From Raillietiella orientalis (Eukaryota), in NCBI GenBank assembly GCA_036172245.1, contig JAYWIR010000001.1, positions 6,882,001 through 6,946,000 on the forward strand: 64,000 bases of DNA, read 5' to 3'. The position numbers were made by a program, and so were the translations under genes. Below are positions 14,476 through 28,210 of the stretch, in pieces. The first letter of the stretch is position 1. Every line of letters starts with the position of its first letter. The notes beneath the pieces are model-generated. The model was not told the DNA's origin. It ran no database searches and saw only the letters and a list, made by a program, of their open reading frames with translations.

Positions 14476-14859
14476 ACGCTACGATTTGGGCTTTGTCCCC
14501 ATTTCATTTTTTTTTGGGGGGGGAGCATCAAACTGCCAACGGAAAACAGCATTTTGTTCCAACATTCCCAAGACCGAGTCCAGCTCCGTGCAGGCCGGTC
14601 ACGCGTGCCTGACGCATCCCTGCACGCCCTTCTGTGAGGGAGGAGGAGGGAGAAAGAGAGAGAGCGGAAAAAACGCAGTACTCACCAGCAAGCCATCTCT
14701 CAATGAAAGGCAATGCTGCTATGTGGACTGACTCCTTTTCAAAGACACACGCGAAACATTCGAATCCATTCGCGACCGAATGTGCTTTCGAAATGTACGC
14801 ACCTTATCTGGGCTGTGAGCGTGAAAAAAGAAATGTCCTTGGTTGTTCTTCAGAAACGT

Positions 14860-15506
14860 TACCACGTAGGCATGACTTTGATTTCTCCCTGAAACGCATG
14901 GTGCCTGGATGCTTAGTCGCACGCAACTTTTTTGTGTGGATGTGTGAGATGTATGCCAAGGGTTCGTGTCGGGAGCTCGATCCCGACCACACGTCAGTGA
15001 TAACATGCGAGTGCTTCTCCGATAATCTGTTCGAATTGCCTGCTCGGCGCTATAAAAGAAAAAGAAACGACCCGTGGTGCGAACTTGGGGGACGAAGCGT
15101 TTTCGGAAGTATCTCCTCCACGAATGGCATATGTGGTGGTATGATTCCCGTGAAGCGCAACACCGGAGAATCTATCCCGTTTGCCGTTTTGCCGCGGAAT
15201 GACCCCCCCCCCCCTTTTTCTCCTGTTTTTTTTTTTTTGGCAGGAGATTCCTCTAGACTCCCGAAGCCATGTTCTAGTCTCAAATCGCCATGTGATTACA
15301 AGGTAATCGTCAGATTCGCAGCTCCCTTTTTTTGGCACTTTAACCTCGGTTATGGAAGTGCTGATTCCTCCCTGCAGCCCGTAAATCCTGACGATCTTAC
15401 ACTGTTCGATTCCAATCATTTCCAGCAGCTGTTTGCATACTTGCACGGCTTCGTACAGCAATTTTTCTGTAGGGGTCGCACCTTTCTGCCGTTGGCTGAT
15501 GGATGA
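14860..15506 (+). mobile_element. Possible internally deleted LINE ORF2 remnant
   Basis: Within ORF 14634..15506: DPDHTSV (like the APE-terminal SDH) and NPDDLTLFDSNHFQQLFAYLHGF (like RT YADDxxLF...LQ.L...L..F). Confidence 0.3.
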
Positions 15507-15638
15507 GGTACGTTGCGCTGCTAGGAGACTCGCGTCTCTGGGCAATTCCGAGCAGGCCGAGTGCTTCTCGTAAAATCCCGCGCCGTTTGACCCCTTTCGC
15601 TTTCTGGCCAACTCGCTGTCGCGAAATCGATACGTGGA

Positions 15639-15641
<3 letters not shown>

Positions 15642-15674
<33 letters not shown>
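15642..15674. repeat. (TGC)11 microsatellite
   Basis: Eleven perfect TGC units read directly. Confidence 0.95.
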
Positions 15675-15679
<5 letters not shown>

Positions 15680-17216
15680 TCCCCCCTGCATCTGAGGGCA
15701 ATTTCACGAAGCAATAAGGACCTCTTGCGCGTGCCACGGAACTGGCGCTTGTGAAGCGGGGAGGCGAAGTCACCTCGCGAGGGAAAGAGAGCGCCAAACA
15801 TTTGACATCAGGAATGAGCACAACACTGGTGTGCCACTTTCATTGGACGTTTTTCTTGCTCCCTCCACGGTGCAATACGGGTGAACGATCGATCCGTGCG
15901 CTTCCCGGAGCGGTAGAAACAAACAGACAGAGTCCGTGGTAGTCGTGTGGGGAGTCCGGGAAATCCAGGCTACGATAGCGGAGCGAAACTCAAGGCGCAG
16001 TTCGGGCGACGTCTAAAAAAAAAATTCGAGTGTTCGCAGTGTGGCCCACACGAGAAGTGAAACCCGCGTTACGAAGAACATGGTATGTATGCATGTGTAT
16101 TCGTATGTATGTTTGCAGTGCATGTACATGTACAACCATGACGACACACATGGAGATGTACGTATACGTACGTGCTGTCATGAGCTTAAAAGGGAATGTC
16201 GCAAAATGTTGAAAGTAAAAAGCTGCAGGATTCTTCCCGTACACCTGCCTGTTTTCATTCCAGGCTGCAATAATTTGACTGTTGACACCAAACTGGTTAA
16301 CCTGTCATTATGATTTCACCAGTGTTGCAGAGGCACGTTGCTACAACATTAGGAGTGAGAGCTGTAAGTATTCCCTCGCTGTTCCTTTGTCTTTTTTGAG
16401 TGGCTGACTGTACTTGTACTGTGACTGAACGCTGGGAGGCGCGTTGTCGTCCTCTTCACGGCAAATCACGTGCTCCGGTGAAAGTTTGTTTCGAAGGTTG
16501 TTCTTCCCTGCTTGGGGTAGACGATCGAGCTAGGCGGTGTTTTCTGCGCCACGAGAACGAGCGGGTAGCTGGTCCGAATGGTGCACGTAGGTCAGGAGAA
16601 GGACTAGTGGCTCTTCCCGATCTCACGGGGCGAGAGTTGACTGCATCCTCCCCCGCGTTTTCGGTTCGTGGCACTCGGCCCGCACAGGAATAGGACGGGA
16701 TGTATACTTGCGGGTAAGTTGGCGTGGGGCAGGCGGAGCAAGATCGGGGAGCGTGCCCCCTAAGCGGGGTTCCTCCACTCCCCACCGCGGTCGAAACTGC
16801 CAGCCGGAACGGCGCAGCTGGAATGATCGAGGTCGACAGCAGCTCCTCTTCCCCGATCCGCGGAAAGCGAGAAGCATTTTTGCGAACCACGGGATCGCGG
16901 TCCGGGAGACCCAGAGAGCGGTTGGCAGTGTCCCTTGGGTCGTCCGCATCTTTCGGAGCTTCGCTGCCTCCGGATGCTGTGTTTGAGCGCAATCGCCGCG
17001 AGTTGAGCGTCGGGTTCTCTCGGCCTGTGAGCCGAGGGCGCTCGGAGAGAGCGCAGAACTTTTATCGGGACGAAGGTGTTTATAGCTGGCACGTGCTCCC
17101 TCTTGCAGCGAGCGCTCTTAGGTACATTCCCGCGTCTGATAGGAAAGGTCGCTTCGGGAGACGGTGGTTTTCAAGGCACATCATCAGTAGAAATGGGATC
17201 CGTTCCCCTAAGACTT

Positions 17217-17318
17217 AAGAGTCATCACGTGAGGAGCAATGATTAAGGATCATCACGCGAGGAGAAGTGGTCAAGTGTCATCACGTGAGAAGCGTTGGAT
17301 AAGGGTCGTCACATGCTC
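17217..17318 (+). repeat. 28-bp period minisatellite, ~3.6 diverged units, each with a TCACGTGA-like core
   Basis: Units start at 17217, 17245, 17273 and 17301: aagagtcatcacgtgaggag / aaggatcatcacgcgaggag / aagtgtcatcacgtgagaag / aagggtcgtcacatgc. Confidence 0.8.
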
Positions 17319-19467
17319 GCCGGACCCTCATCCAGAGGAGGAGAAGAGCCTTCGCCGCCCGTTCAGCTTTCGAAGATTTCGAAATAGGAGATGCTGCAGC
17401 ATCCCCTTCGAAGATGGGAGCCATGCCGACCTGCGGGCTGGTCGCTCAGCAAACCGATTCGCGCTCTTCTTCTTTCTGGAAAGCCACGGAAGACTTGTGG
17501 GTAAATGCGGTGGCAGATCTCGGAACCATTCGGCCTGCTCTGCAGCTTGGTAGCCCCCCCTCCTTTTCCCGGAAACGCAATTCCGGAGCGCGGGAAGGCA
17601 GGGATCCGAGCCCCGTGAGTTCCGTGGGCGCGGGCAGAGCTGGGAGGCCGGAGGCAAAGGAGCGGTGGGAGCTCCTCCCTTCTTCGTCGCAGTTGTACGA
17701 GTGGCGTTGGGGCAAAGACTCCGGCGCTCCTGCGCTGGGCGCCTGGGGCCGAGAGTGTTTACCTCTTCCATCCAACGCCGGAGGCGGAAGGGTTGCTGAG
17801 GTTGCTGATTTCGGCACGCTCCAAAGGGGAGGACTTCCTCCAGTGCCTTCCGCCACGTTGGAAGCTCCCAAAGTTCTTCTCTCCTCTTTTCCAGATGGGG
17901 GTTCTGGAGTGGGTTGCATCCCCCCACGCCGTACTTTCAGAGAGGAGACCCCACCCCCATCGGGAGTGCGCCTGGAGAGCCCTGAGTCCTCGGCAGACAA
18001 GGGCGCCACGACCTCCGCGCACACTTTGGCGCGTCCGCGGAGGGGCGAGGGAAAAACCTCAAAGCGGGATGGGCGCGGACAACTCCAGCCCGTCCCCTGG
18101 GGCAGGAAGAGGCGGAACGTACGCCCCTGCTTGCCGCTGGGCTCGGGCCCGCTGCGGAAGCTCTCAGGACGATAGGGTCGATCCACGCCCTGGAGATTTT
18201 CGACCTCGCGTGGTGGCTGCTCGGGCTCAGTTCCGCGTGGCCTCCGCCTTGGCCGGATGGACCAGTAGATCCCCTGGCCGTCCTCCTGATGGCAGCATCG
18301 TGAGCTGCCCGCAGCAGCCGGCCTCTTGGCCACTCAGCTGCCCCCACCACCGAACGTGGGGCCTTCCCGCCGGGAGCGAGCGGCGAAGGGAGGGAGATTC
18401 AGCTTCTCTGGACCCCTTTTCGCCTCCCCACTCCAGGAGCGAGAGTTCGATCCGCATAGGGCATGCTTGCAGAATCGCCCCGGACTATGCCGGCTGTTCG
18501 GACCCCTTCCGGGGGTCGCAGAGCCTTCCTCCTACTCCCTTCCTCCCCTCTCCCCGCCACCCGGAAGGCGTGGGCCGCGGTTGTTATCGAGCGAGCCGAT
18601 CGGGAAGACGGAGATTCTAGGGCGCCGCTCCCAGCCCAGCCAGGGGACCACCATGCGGTTTCGCCGGCAGGAAAAGAGGGCATCCCTTCTCCCGCACCCT
18701 TGCGAGCATCGGCCTCACCCGCGACCGGCAAGCGATGACCTGACTGGTGACCTGATCGTTTCGTTACGGCAGGAGGCGGAAGGTCGAAGAAGGGGGGTGG
18801 GAGGGGAAGGGGAAGGTCACCGCGTCTTCACCTGCAAAGAAACCCGTTCTTGCGAGGTGACCTAAAGCCTACCCCGTCGCAACCTTGATTACGGGACCAT
18901 GGGGTCGCGCAGCGACGGGTTGTGTGACCCAGAGGTGGCGGCTTCGTGGCCGGCGCGTGCTCCAGGACGTATGCGGAACTCCAGAAGGCTCGCGCCGACG
19001 CAAGGCTTGCTCCCCCCGAAGTGGTCGCGATGGCGACACGGATGGAGAAGACCCTTCCCTCGGCACCGCCACCACGCAGACAGAGAAAGGCTGGAGGTGC
19101 CTGGAGTCCATCGAGTCTAGGAGAGCAGGTGGTTCCGCGGTGCCTTCGCAAAAATTAGTGTTCGCTCTCTCCTGTCCTCTTCTTCCTTCCCTCCTCCTCC
19201 TCTTTTCCTCTTCCTCCTTCTCGCTGCTTCCGCTGTCACCACCATCCCGGACAGAAGAAGGGTAGGCATGACGATGACCTCTGTCTGAACGTCCATGAGA
19301 GCGCGCACTGCACGGCGAATTTCGCGTCTTGCGCGTTTCCTCTGCATGTTCCTCCGAGAACTCACGGAGAGCCCCCGTTGCGAACAAGCGTATCCAGAAG
19401 TGGAGGGGATCGGTCCATCTCAGAGCTACCCTGCAGAAAAGTTCCAGCACCCCTGGTGTTGTGCGGA

Positions 19468-21296
19468 ATGCTTGAGGGTCTGTGCTTCGCCGCGCGCACT
19501 CAACACCTTTACGCACCTTTACGTGGTGTGAGCTTGCGTGCGGATGCACAGATCCGTCCTGTGCACCGAAAATTCCTGTGGACCCTCTCACTAGGACCGT
19601 GTCCGGTGTTCCAGGGACGCCTTCTGCGATCTTTGCTGCAGCCCCGCGGGATGGCGACGGAGGCGAGCTTCGAAGTCAGGGTCAGTGCGTCCCGGGATGC
19701 CCTCGCGTGCTGATCTCACCCTCCGCTTCAGCCGTTCAAGCTCCACAACCTGGACGAGGGTCCTAACACGACCGTGGTCCTCACCAGGGAGGACGGGCTG
19801 AAGATGTACACGCAGATGCAGACCATGAGGAGGCTGGAGAACACCGCCAACGTACTCTACAAGGAGAGGGTCATCCGCGGATTTTGCCACCTCTACGCCG
19901 GACAGGTTCCAGAGCCCCCTTTCTCGTCCGCCCCTCCTTTGCTGACGGGAGCGCAACGCCTCCCCGCACCCTATTCCGCAGGAAGCGGTCGGCGTGGGCA
20001 TCCGCTTCAACATGCTGAGCCAGGACACGTTCATCACGTCGTACCGGGACCACGCCTGGGCGTGGCTGATGGGAGTGCCGATACCACAGATTCTGGGGGA
20101 GCTGGCCGGGAAGAGGAACGGCTGCGTCAAGGGCAAGGGAGGCTCCATGCACATGTACACAGACCACTTCTTCGGGGGAAATGGCATTGTCGGCGCGCAG
20201 GTGAAAACAGCGAGCGCGAAGGAGGGAGTTGGGAAGGGGGGGTAGGGAAGGGAGAATCCGCTGACCGCTCCGAACCTGTAGATCCCTCTGGGGGCGGGCA
20301 CCGCCTTCGCGCACAAGTACAGGCAGAATGGTGGCCTGTGCGTGGCAATGCACGGGGACGGCGCCCAAAACCAAGGGCAGATCTTCGAGACCTACAACAT
20401 GGCGGCTCTTTGGAAGCTTCCCTGCCTCTTCGTCTGCGAGAACAACTGGTACGGAATGGCCACGGAGATGCACCGAGGGAACGCGTGCACGGATTTCTAC
20501 ACCAGAGGGCACTACATCCCCGGAGTGTGGGTACGCAAAGGGGGAGAGAAGGGCAGGGAGGCGGAGGGAGAGATTGTGAATGCGGTTGCACCTCGTAGGC
20601 AGATGGGATGGACGTGCTGACCATGAGGGAGGTCAGCAGGTTTGCTTTCGAGTACATCCGTTCCGGAAAGGGACCGCTCGTCTTGGAGGCGGAGACGTAC
20701 CGTTACTTCGGGCACAGCATGTCGGACCCGGGAACGGGCTACCGGTGAGTGCGAGATCCGGAGTTCGGCGGGAAAGAACTCCCTGATTCCTCCGTGACCT
20801 CTTGCCTCTGCCCTCCTTTCCTCCTCTTCCTTTCCTCCTCCTCCTCACACGTTACACGCGCGCAGCGATGCATAGACCCTCGTCGCTCTCGTCCTCCTCT
20901 TCCTCAGTCTCCCACTTCCAGCACGCGCGAGGAGGTCCAAGAGATGCGTCACAGTAAAGATCCCATCATGCATCTGAGGGACGAGATGATCAACGCCGAC
21001 CTGGCCGTCCTGGACGAGTTCAAGGTATGCACCAAAAGAGGGGGGGAAGGGGAAAAGAAGAATTGGGACGAGGGACCTCTGCGCGCTTTCCCTCTGTGCT
21101 CTCGCAGGAGATAGACAATGCGTGCAAGAAGCAAGTGGACGAGGCTGCTAAGAAAGCCAAAGAGGAAGTGGAGATCGGAACCGAAGAAGTTTCTTATGAC
21201 ATCTATTCCAAGCCTCTGGAACCCTTCGTTAAGGGAGTGTCTGTTTTCTCCCCCATGGAGCACAAGATCACAGGAAAATGCGTGAACCTTCAATAA
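19468..21296 (+). CDS. PDHA: Pyruvate dehydrogenase E1 alpha subunit, divergent GC-rich paralog (8 exons)
   Basis: Spliced exons give PFKLHNL...[17 protein letters not shown]...[10 protein letters not shown]...[15 protein letters not shown]...[10 protein letters not shown]...ENNWYGM...|...[26 protein letters not shown]..., ending TAA 21294-21296, which overlaps AATAAA. Reading frame intact. Start codon and first intron less certain. Confidence 0.93.
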
Positions 21297-24200
21297 ACCT
21301 TCTTCTTCTTTTGTTCCCTAGTTCTTCGGGACATTCATTGTGTTATTATTTATTTATTCTTTCATCAATTGTCGTATTTTTTTTTTCGGTTTTTCTTTCT
21401 TCCTTTTTTTTCGGATAGAGGAGAAGATGTTCCCCTTCGAACATCTTTCTCGAGTAGTTCCTCGTGGTAAAGATGGAAGGATCAGAAGACCTCCCTCGGA
21501 ATCTCCACAGTGCAAAGAGCGCCATCCTTAGAAGGTCACGCCCTCGCAAAGGGCGACCTTCTTTGCGAGGGCCGAACCCGACTGGGCTTCCCATGCTGCT
21601 ATTTCCAAGAATTAGCGGCATATTAGCCAGAGCCAAGGAAACGAACCTGTCTTTTAGGTTTTCAACGGCAATGAGTAATTCGCCCGGCAGTGGATCGCCA
21701 AGTCAGGGTCCTGCACATCCGGGAATCGAAGTCTTTCCTTATCCCGCAAACACGCAGCAAAGCAACAGTTCCAGCCACCTTTCTCGCCAGCGCTGCCCTG
21801 TTCCCGTTTTCACTTGAAATGAACAGAGACAACTTCACCGACCACACTGTCCTTTTAGGGTACACCTGGATTTGAGCGGTGGGCACCGTCTCTATCCCCA
21901 TTACCCAGATGGCCGCATCGCAAGCGTTTCGTAGATGCTCGGGCAGTTGCTTCGCGAACGGTGACATACGGCTTGCTTGGTTACCTACGAAGCTCACGGT
22001 ACGTCATCATTGCTTTCGAACACATGCTTGAAATTCGCGACATCACTGATTGAGAGGAAACACGCAGGTGCACACGCCCAACATACTTAAGTTGAAATTG
22101 AGAGCTGTGCTTTACAATGGAAAAATTCCGGAAGCCGTGAGATGACTTTAGGTTACTGTAAAGTTTGTTACCAAAGCAATCGTTGGTGGCTGATAATTCG
22201 AACTGAAAACGGAAGTGCTCTTCTTGTCTTCGGAGATAACTCGGCTTGAATTTACCGGGGGCTGTATTTGTGTTTCATAACTGTTCTCTAAACACAGTAA
22301 GAAGCTCTGCGTATCACACAAAGAGCTTTCGAGTTTTGCATCTGCCACTATCAATCTGAATAAGGACGGGTTATGGGTGTTTGCACAAGAACATGTAATC
22401 GCAAAAAAAAAAAAGAAGCTGTTAATGGAACCACTTTTAAATCAGTGCGCTTTTATTCTTAATTCACCTGCTTCGAGTAAGGAAGTGAACCGATTAAATT
22501 ACCTTTCAAGTTATGCTATTATAAACTATTGGTTTCTAAAGCAAACGTGGCCTCGTATCTTTGCGTATGGTCTTCAAAGGAATCCTTAGTGATTCTTGTT
22601 GAAAAGTCAATGACATTTAATGACTTGTGCATTAGTATCGATTGACTTTGAATGAATTTGAAGACAGCATTGTGAATTCAAAATTACGTTGCAAGCATGA
22701 GTTTGTGACCATATATTAATTGCAGCAGGAATTTATTGGATCGCTCTTTCATTAATCTTTTGATTTGTGGAGCATGTGCTTTTCTAATGTATACGTGTTT
22801 AAATATTGTTTTCATTTATCCCATAATGTTTAAACAACAAATGGACATCGTATGTTTTACTAAAGACGAAACGCAGAATAAGATTCCATGCAAGTTTATA
22901 GTAACTAAGATTTTGAGCTTTTTCAAATACAGCAATCGTTACAATCAAGTTTGCTATGGAGCAGAAACATATGACCTTATATGCATATCTTAATCCCTTT
23001 GGGTGCGAGGCTCATTCAGATTGCAACGTTTTGTGTGTCGACGGGTCGCAGCCGCGACCTCTGCGGGCGGAACGCTTTGTCGCGTACCGCCTCGCTCTAT
23101 ATGATTGACTCTTTGAAGCGCTGATTAAAGTCACTATTCTCATCTATTTTTCCCAAACATATATTATTTATTTAAAAATTACAATTCCAATACAATCAGT
23201 AATTCATTTGGGCGCGGTACAATGTAATAAATTGCATACGACACCACCATAATATTATGTAACTCGCGGTTTTTCAGAGAGATGACTGAAAAACCGAGAA
23301 CAGTTTGCCGATATAAATAGAATTTTGTTTGCTGCCGTTGCTAAGGTAATTATGAGAAGGTAAGTGCATGCGACCATCTCAAGCATTGATAGTGTTAACT
23401 CTTGTCGCGCGTACAAAGTAAAAACATTTGCCAGACGCATATACAGAGTGTCTATAGTCCACACCGATCATTTTCTTCGGACGCATCTATGCGTCCAAAG
23501 CACTCAAAGGGTTAAGTCAATAGGTGTGGAGTAACCGTATTCAGCGAGCATCATTTGAAAAGTACCTTGATCTGGGAATAAATTGCAGCCAACAGATTCT
23601 GTATAGTGATTGCATTTTGATATTCGCTTCTTATCTAAAGCTGTGAAACATCTTTCAGAATCAATGCTTCTATTCTCTGTTATGAGTGACGTCAAAATTA
23701 ACCACTTAGCAATGTTTAGTGCTTCTCTGTGTTGTCTAATCTTCGCAATAATTACGCAGTTTGGGAAATTAGGAAAGCTGCAAAGGAGAAACTTGCAAAA
23801 ACCTTGTGATCAGGAGTAGAATCGAACTTTTAGACGGTTTTTTTAAGAATACGATATGAAAATGCATATTTTGTTTGTATTACAAAAATGGATTGGAATT
23901 AAGAAATTCTGGATGGGAAAAAATCCATGGAAGAAAAAGTTCAAAAACCTCACTTTGAAGAGTAAGCCAAATTTCCTTCGAGTTATCAAAAATCGATTCC
24001 TTGAGCTTTGAAGAGTAAGTTGTCGTCTTATGCTCAGATTTTAATTTTCCGACTTCCTCCACATTTGTCGCTTTCTATTTTCTAGTCGTAAGAAGAAAAT
24101 CGAACACCAGATAATAGCCAACAAAAACAGCAGAGACCAAAGATTTGGGCCACTGAAGAATGGTGATTTTGTAAGATGGGTAAAGTAGGAATAAACGAAG

Positions 24201-26035
24201 ATAAAATGGAAAATAGTAGAATAGAGAAAATAAGTAACTTCAGTCTCCTGTGTCCAAATGAACTTGCAAAGTGCTGAAAAGAATGCGATTCGCGTAATTT
24301 GGACAATGGAAAATTTGCCGCATACAAGAATTTAAATCAAATTTCCGTCTTCAATTGCAGTTATAAAAATTAGGAAGAAAATTTCTCCCAATATCTGCAA
24401 GCCAAATTTCACAGACCATTGAATAGCATGTCATTTTTAGAAGGCACTGTAAATCATAATGTTGTTTATACTGTAAAACAGCGGATTGTGTTTGAGGCTT
24501 GGAGTGTTATTGTACTGGAATTTTCACTTCATTCTCGTTTAATTATCATAGACCATGATTGATTTTTACGGAGGAGATTTTGTACCTGTTTTACACATAT
24601 TAAACCCTCCAAAATGACCGAAATGTTATCTCCATCGAGAAGAATTCTTAAATCGGGATATTCCTTCCTTTTTTTAAAGGAAATCACAACATGTAAAAAA
24701 TATATTTTAAAAAAATGCTTTATCATTGATCTAGGCAAATGCAAACTTTGATCAGATGTAGGACACTTCCATATTATTGTTTCAGTTTTCCAGTTTTATA
24801 GAATTGTTTGTTTTTTGCTTTTAAAACCTCATATTGGTGAGATCGATGTACCCTATGAACATTAATTGCCTTACATCTTACATGGAAACCATGTGGACAA
24901 TTCTTTTTCATGAACAAAGTGTCCCATATACAAGACAAAAGTGTATGCACAATGCACACCTGATAGAGTGAGTAGGCTAGGCAACAAATTGCCATGTTCG
25001 GACAAATAACGATCTCCAAATCGTTTCTTTTGCCTGTCAAGTTTCTGTTGATTCTATTTATGTAAAACTCAGATTTTTTTGGTTTTTTTTAAATTTTTAT
25101 CAGCTTTCTTTCTGGAGAAAAGCTATCTTCCAAAGATTTCTAGCAAGAAAAGAGGATATACATTTGCGATTAAAGACCATTTTATAGTCATTATTGTTTT
25201 GATCTCATTTTAGGTATATAATTTCATTGTGTTTAGATGGAATTAAAACTTTCGGTACTATTGGCAGTGTTAGTCTACACCTATATAAAATAAACAGAAT
25301 ACAAATTTAGCATAATGTCTTTGATAAACTGCAAAGTGAGAGTGCGATGATTATCATACTAAAGTACTTAAATGTCGTTAAATATGTGTTTGTTTTTGTA
25401 AAATAGAAAACAAAAATACATTCAAAATACCTGACATTTACTTGGAAATAAGAAGAAATTTACTCAGTTTTGGTAAAACTTATTGAATATAATGAATGAA
25501 TGGGGACTATTTAGAATTTATTGCAAGTTGCAAACAATATATGTGAAACATACCATACAAAACTCCTTCCTCGGCAAATTTGTTCTTGAAATTTAAATTA
25601 AAGTATACAAAAGTGAGAAGCAGAATTATGTGATAATAAAATCTATACAGATAAAATAATCTATACAGTTTACCGCAACTATGTACAACATCAAAAATGG
25701 TGCACTGCAAAAAGAGAACAACTTTTGCTAATTTAGCACAATGTCTTTGATTGTGACTGGCATCGCATGTACAAGTTTCCATGTTTTACACATATGCCGG
25801 CGGAGAGTGCACGTGAGAGTCATATGGAACATGATTTGAATAGCAGTGAATTTAATTGATAATGGTTGTCATGTAACGTGTTGCATAATGTATTTGTGTA
25901 TTATGTAGTATTTAAATATAAGTATAAACTGTAGGATACTTAATGTCGTGTGCATGTATTGTTGTAGTATCCGTAATGCCGGGTCCATTTAGATTTCATA
26001 CGTTTCTTAGCATTTAAAGAAGCAAGACACGTAAT

Positions 26036-27873
26036 ATGATTGCTGCATCACATTGTCTTCTGCGGGGAAGTCTCATAAGATGCGTAAGTTGTTAATGGAA
26101 TTTTATTAATTCTTTATTTATTATTAATTGTGTATTGAAATCATTTGATTAGTAAAGATACTAAAAACCAACATTAATTCTCTTATTCCTAAATGGTAAT
26201 AATAGCATTTTATAAGCTTGTATTATTTTAAACAAATACAATATTTTGTTGTTCAGACATTTGTTTGATGGTTTTGTAGAATGGTACGTTATGTCTTGGT
26301 TTTACAAAGGGGATTGCAACAGAAGCTGTGATCCATTTCAAGGTATTTCGACCAAACATTGCTTTCACAGTTTTCTTTCCGTATTCTTTTCCTTATCCTT
26401 ATTATAGACTTTTGTGATAGTTACTGCAATTTAGTTGTAATAATAAATACTTTGTTTTAAATTGTTTTGACATTCATTTTCAAATGCAGAAACCATTTAA
26501 ATTACATAAATTGGAAAGTGGGCCCCCCATAAGTACAACGCTTACAAGAGAAGATGGCTTAAAAATTTATACACAAATGCAACATATTAGAAGACTTGAA
26601 AATGCAGCAAATACTTTATATAAGGAGAAAGTTATTAGAGGATTTTGTCATCTCTATTCAGGCCAGGTAAACTGCTGACTTTGAAGCAGTTTTTTATGAC
26701 TAATGCAGGAAGCAGTTGCTGTTGGGATCAAATGTGAGATGAGAGATCATGATGATATAATTACTGCATATCGAGATCATGGCTGGGCATATCTCATGCA
26801 ACTTTCTGTGTATGAAATAGTGGCTGAATTATCAGGAAAAAGTACAGGGTGTGCTAAAGGCAAAGGAGGATCTATGCATTTATATGCTAAAAATTTTTAT
26901 GGTGGCAATGGTATAGTTGGAGCACAGGTACAAATGCAATGCAACAGGACAATGTTTAAGACAATTTCAAGGTTCCTTTAGGAGTTGGAATTGCTTTTGG
27001 GCACAAATATAAAAATGATGGTAGTGTTACTGTAACATTGTATGGAGATGGAGCAGCTAATCAGGGACAAGTGGCTGAAGTATTCAATATGTGCAAATTA
27101 TGGAATTTGCCTTGTCTGCTCATTTGTGAGAACAATCAGTATGGTATGGGTACCAGCGTTAGCCGTGCCTCAGCTTGTAATTTATTCTATACTAGAGGGG
27201 ATTACATCCCTGGTATTTGGGTAAGCACAGCTTCTCCCTTTTATGAAGTTGTGTTTTCCCAATTTTCATTTAGGCAGATGGTATGGATGTATTGGCAGTG
27301 AGAGAGGCCACTAGGTTTGGTATAGATTATTGTCGTTCAGGAAAGGGCCCTCTAATTATAGAGACTGAAACATATCGTTATTTTGGCCATAGCATGTCTG
27401 ATCCAGGGACTAGCTACAGGTAGTGTAAAGACTGATTGAAAGTATAACTGAAGTTGTTGGTTTTGGCAGTGTGTGCTTTATTTGAATACTCAATGCATGA
27501 ATCAATTCTATGGCAAATAATTGTTTAAAATTGCAGGACCAGGGAAGAGGTTCAAGAAATCAGATCAAGTCAAGACCCAATCACCAGTTTCAAAGACCTT
27601 TTGCTCACTCATAATTTAGCCACATTGGATGAGCTAAAAGTAAGTTGTATGTATTGTGCTTCTATGTAACTTGTCTATGTTCAGAAAATTGATTCACAAC
27701 TTAAAAAAGAGACTGATTTGGTTGTGAGTCAAGCCAAGGCTGACAAAGAGCCACCTGGTGAGGAAATCGCATATGATATCTATGCTAATCCTTTGGTGGC
27801 TACGGCTCGTAGTGCTAATCCCTTTGTACCCTTTTCCACAAAACCAAAGCAGCAGCCAGTTTGTAACCCTTGA
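26036..27873 (+). CDS. PDHA1: Pyruvate dehydrogenase E1 alpha subunit, conventional AT-rich copy (8 exons)
   Basis: [38 protein letters not shown] (TPP motif), YGMGTS and [12 protein letters not shown] all present. Putative transit-peptide exon 26036-26083, stop TGA 27871-27873. Confidence 0.95.
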
Positions 27874-28210
27874 AGAATACACTCTAGAATCATATCCATA
27901 GATGTAGGAAATTGCTTTGATACTGCAGTATACTGTTTTCAATAGCATGCATGGAACTAGAAAATCAGAACTAGCAAATACTAAACGTAAAGGTACAGCT
28001 GAGGTTCAGATTTGCATATAATCTTAAACTTGCAGAGCTCTGGAGAACCCTCTTATAAGATTTCAGTGATCTGAATGATCTATAAAATTGAAATTGACAT
28101 TTACCCATGAAAAATACAAATTGTCTCCTCATTACCATAATATTTTTTGTACAATCTACTCCGATTTGGCTGCAAACATTTGTAAAAAAAAAAAAAAAAA
28201 AATCCATCAC

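Noticed and set aside
17217-17318. Repeat-spacer periodicity resembling a CRISPR array
   Set aside because: Eukaryotic context, period only 28 nt, spacer parts related to each other, no cas genes.
21346-25400. Minus-strand exon-like ORFs between the two PDHA copies
   Set aside because: Could not be joined into a consistent spliced frame and show no recognisable domain; an unknown gene is not excluded.
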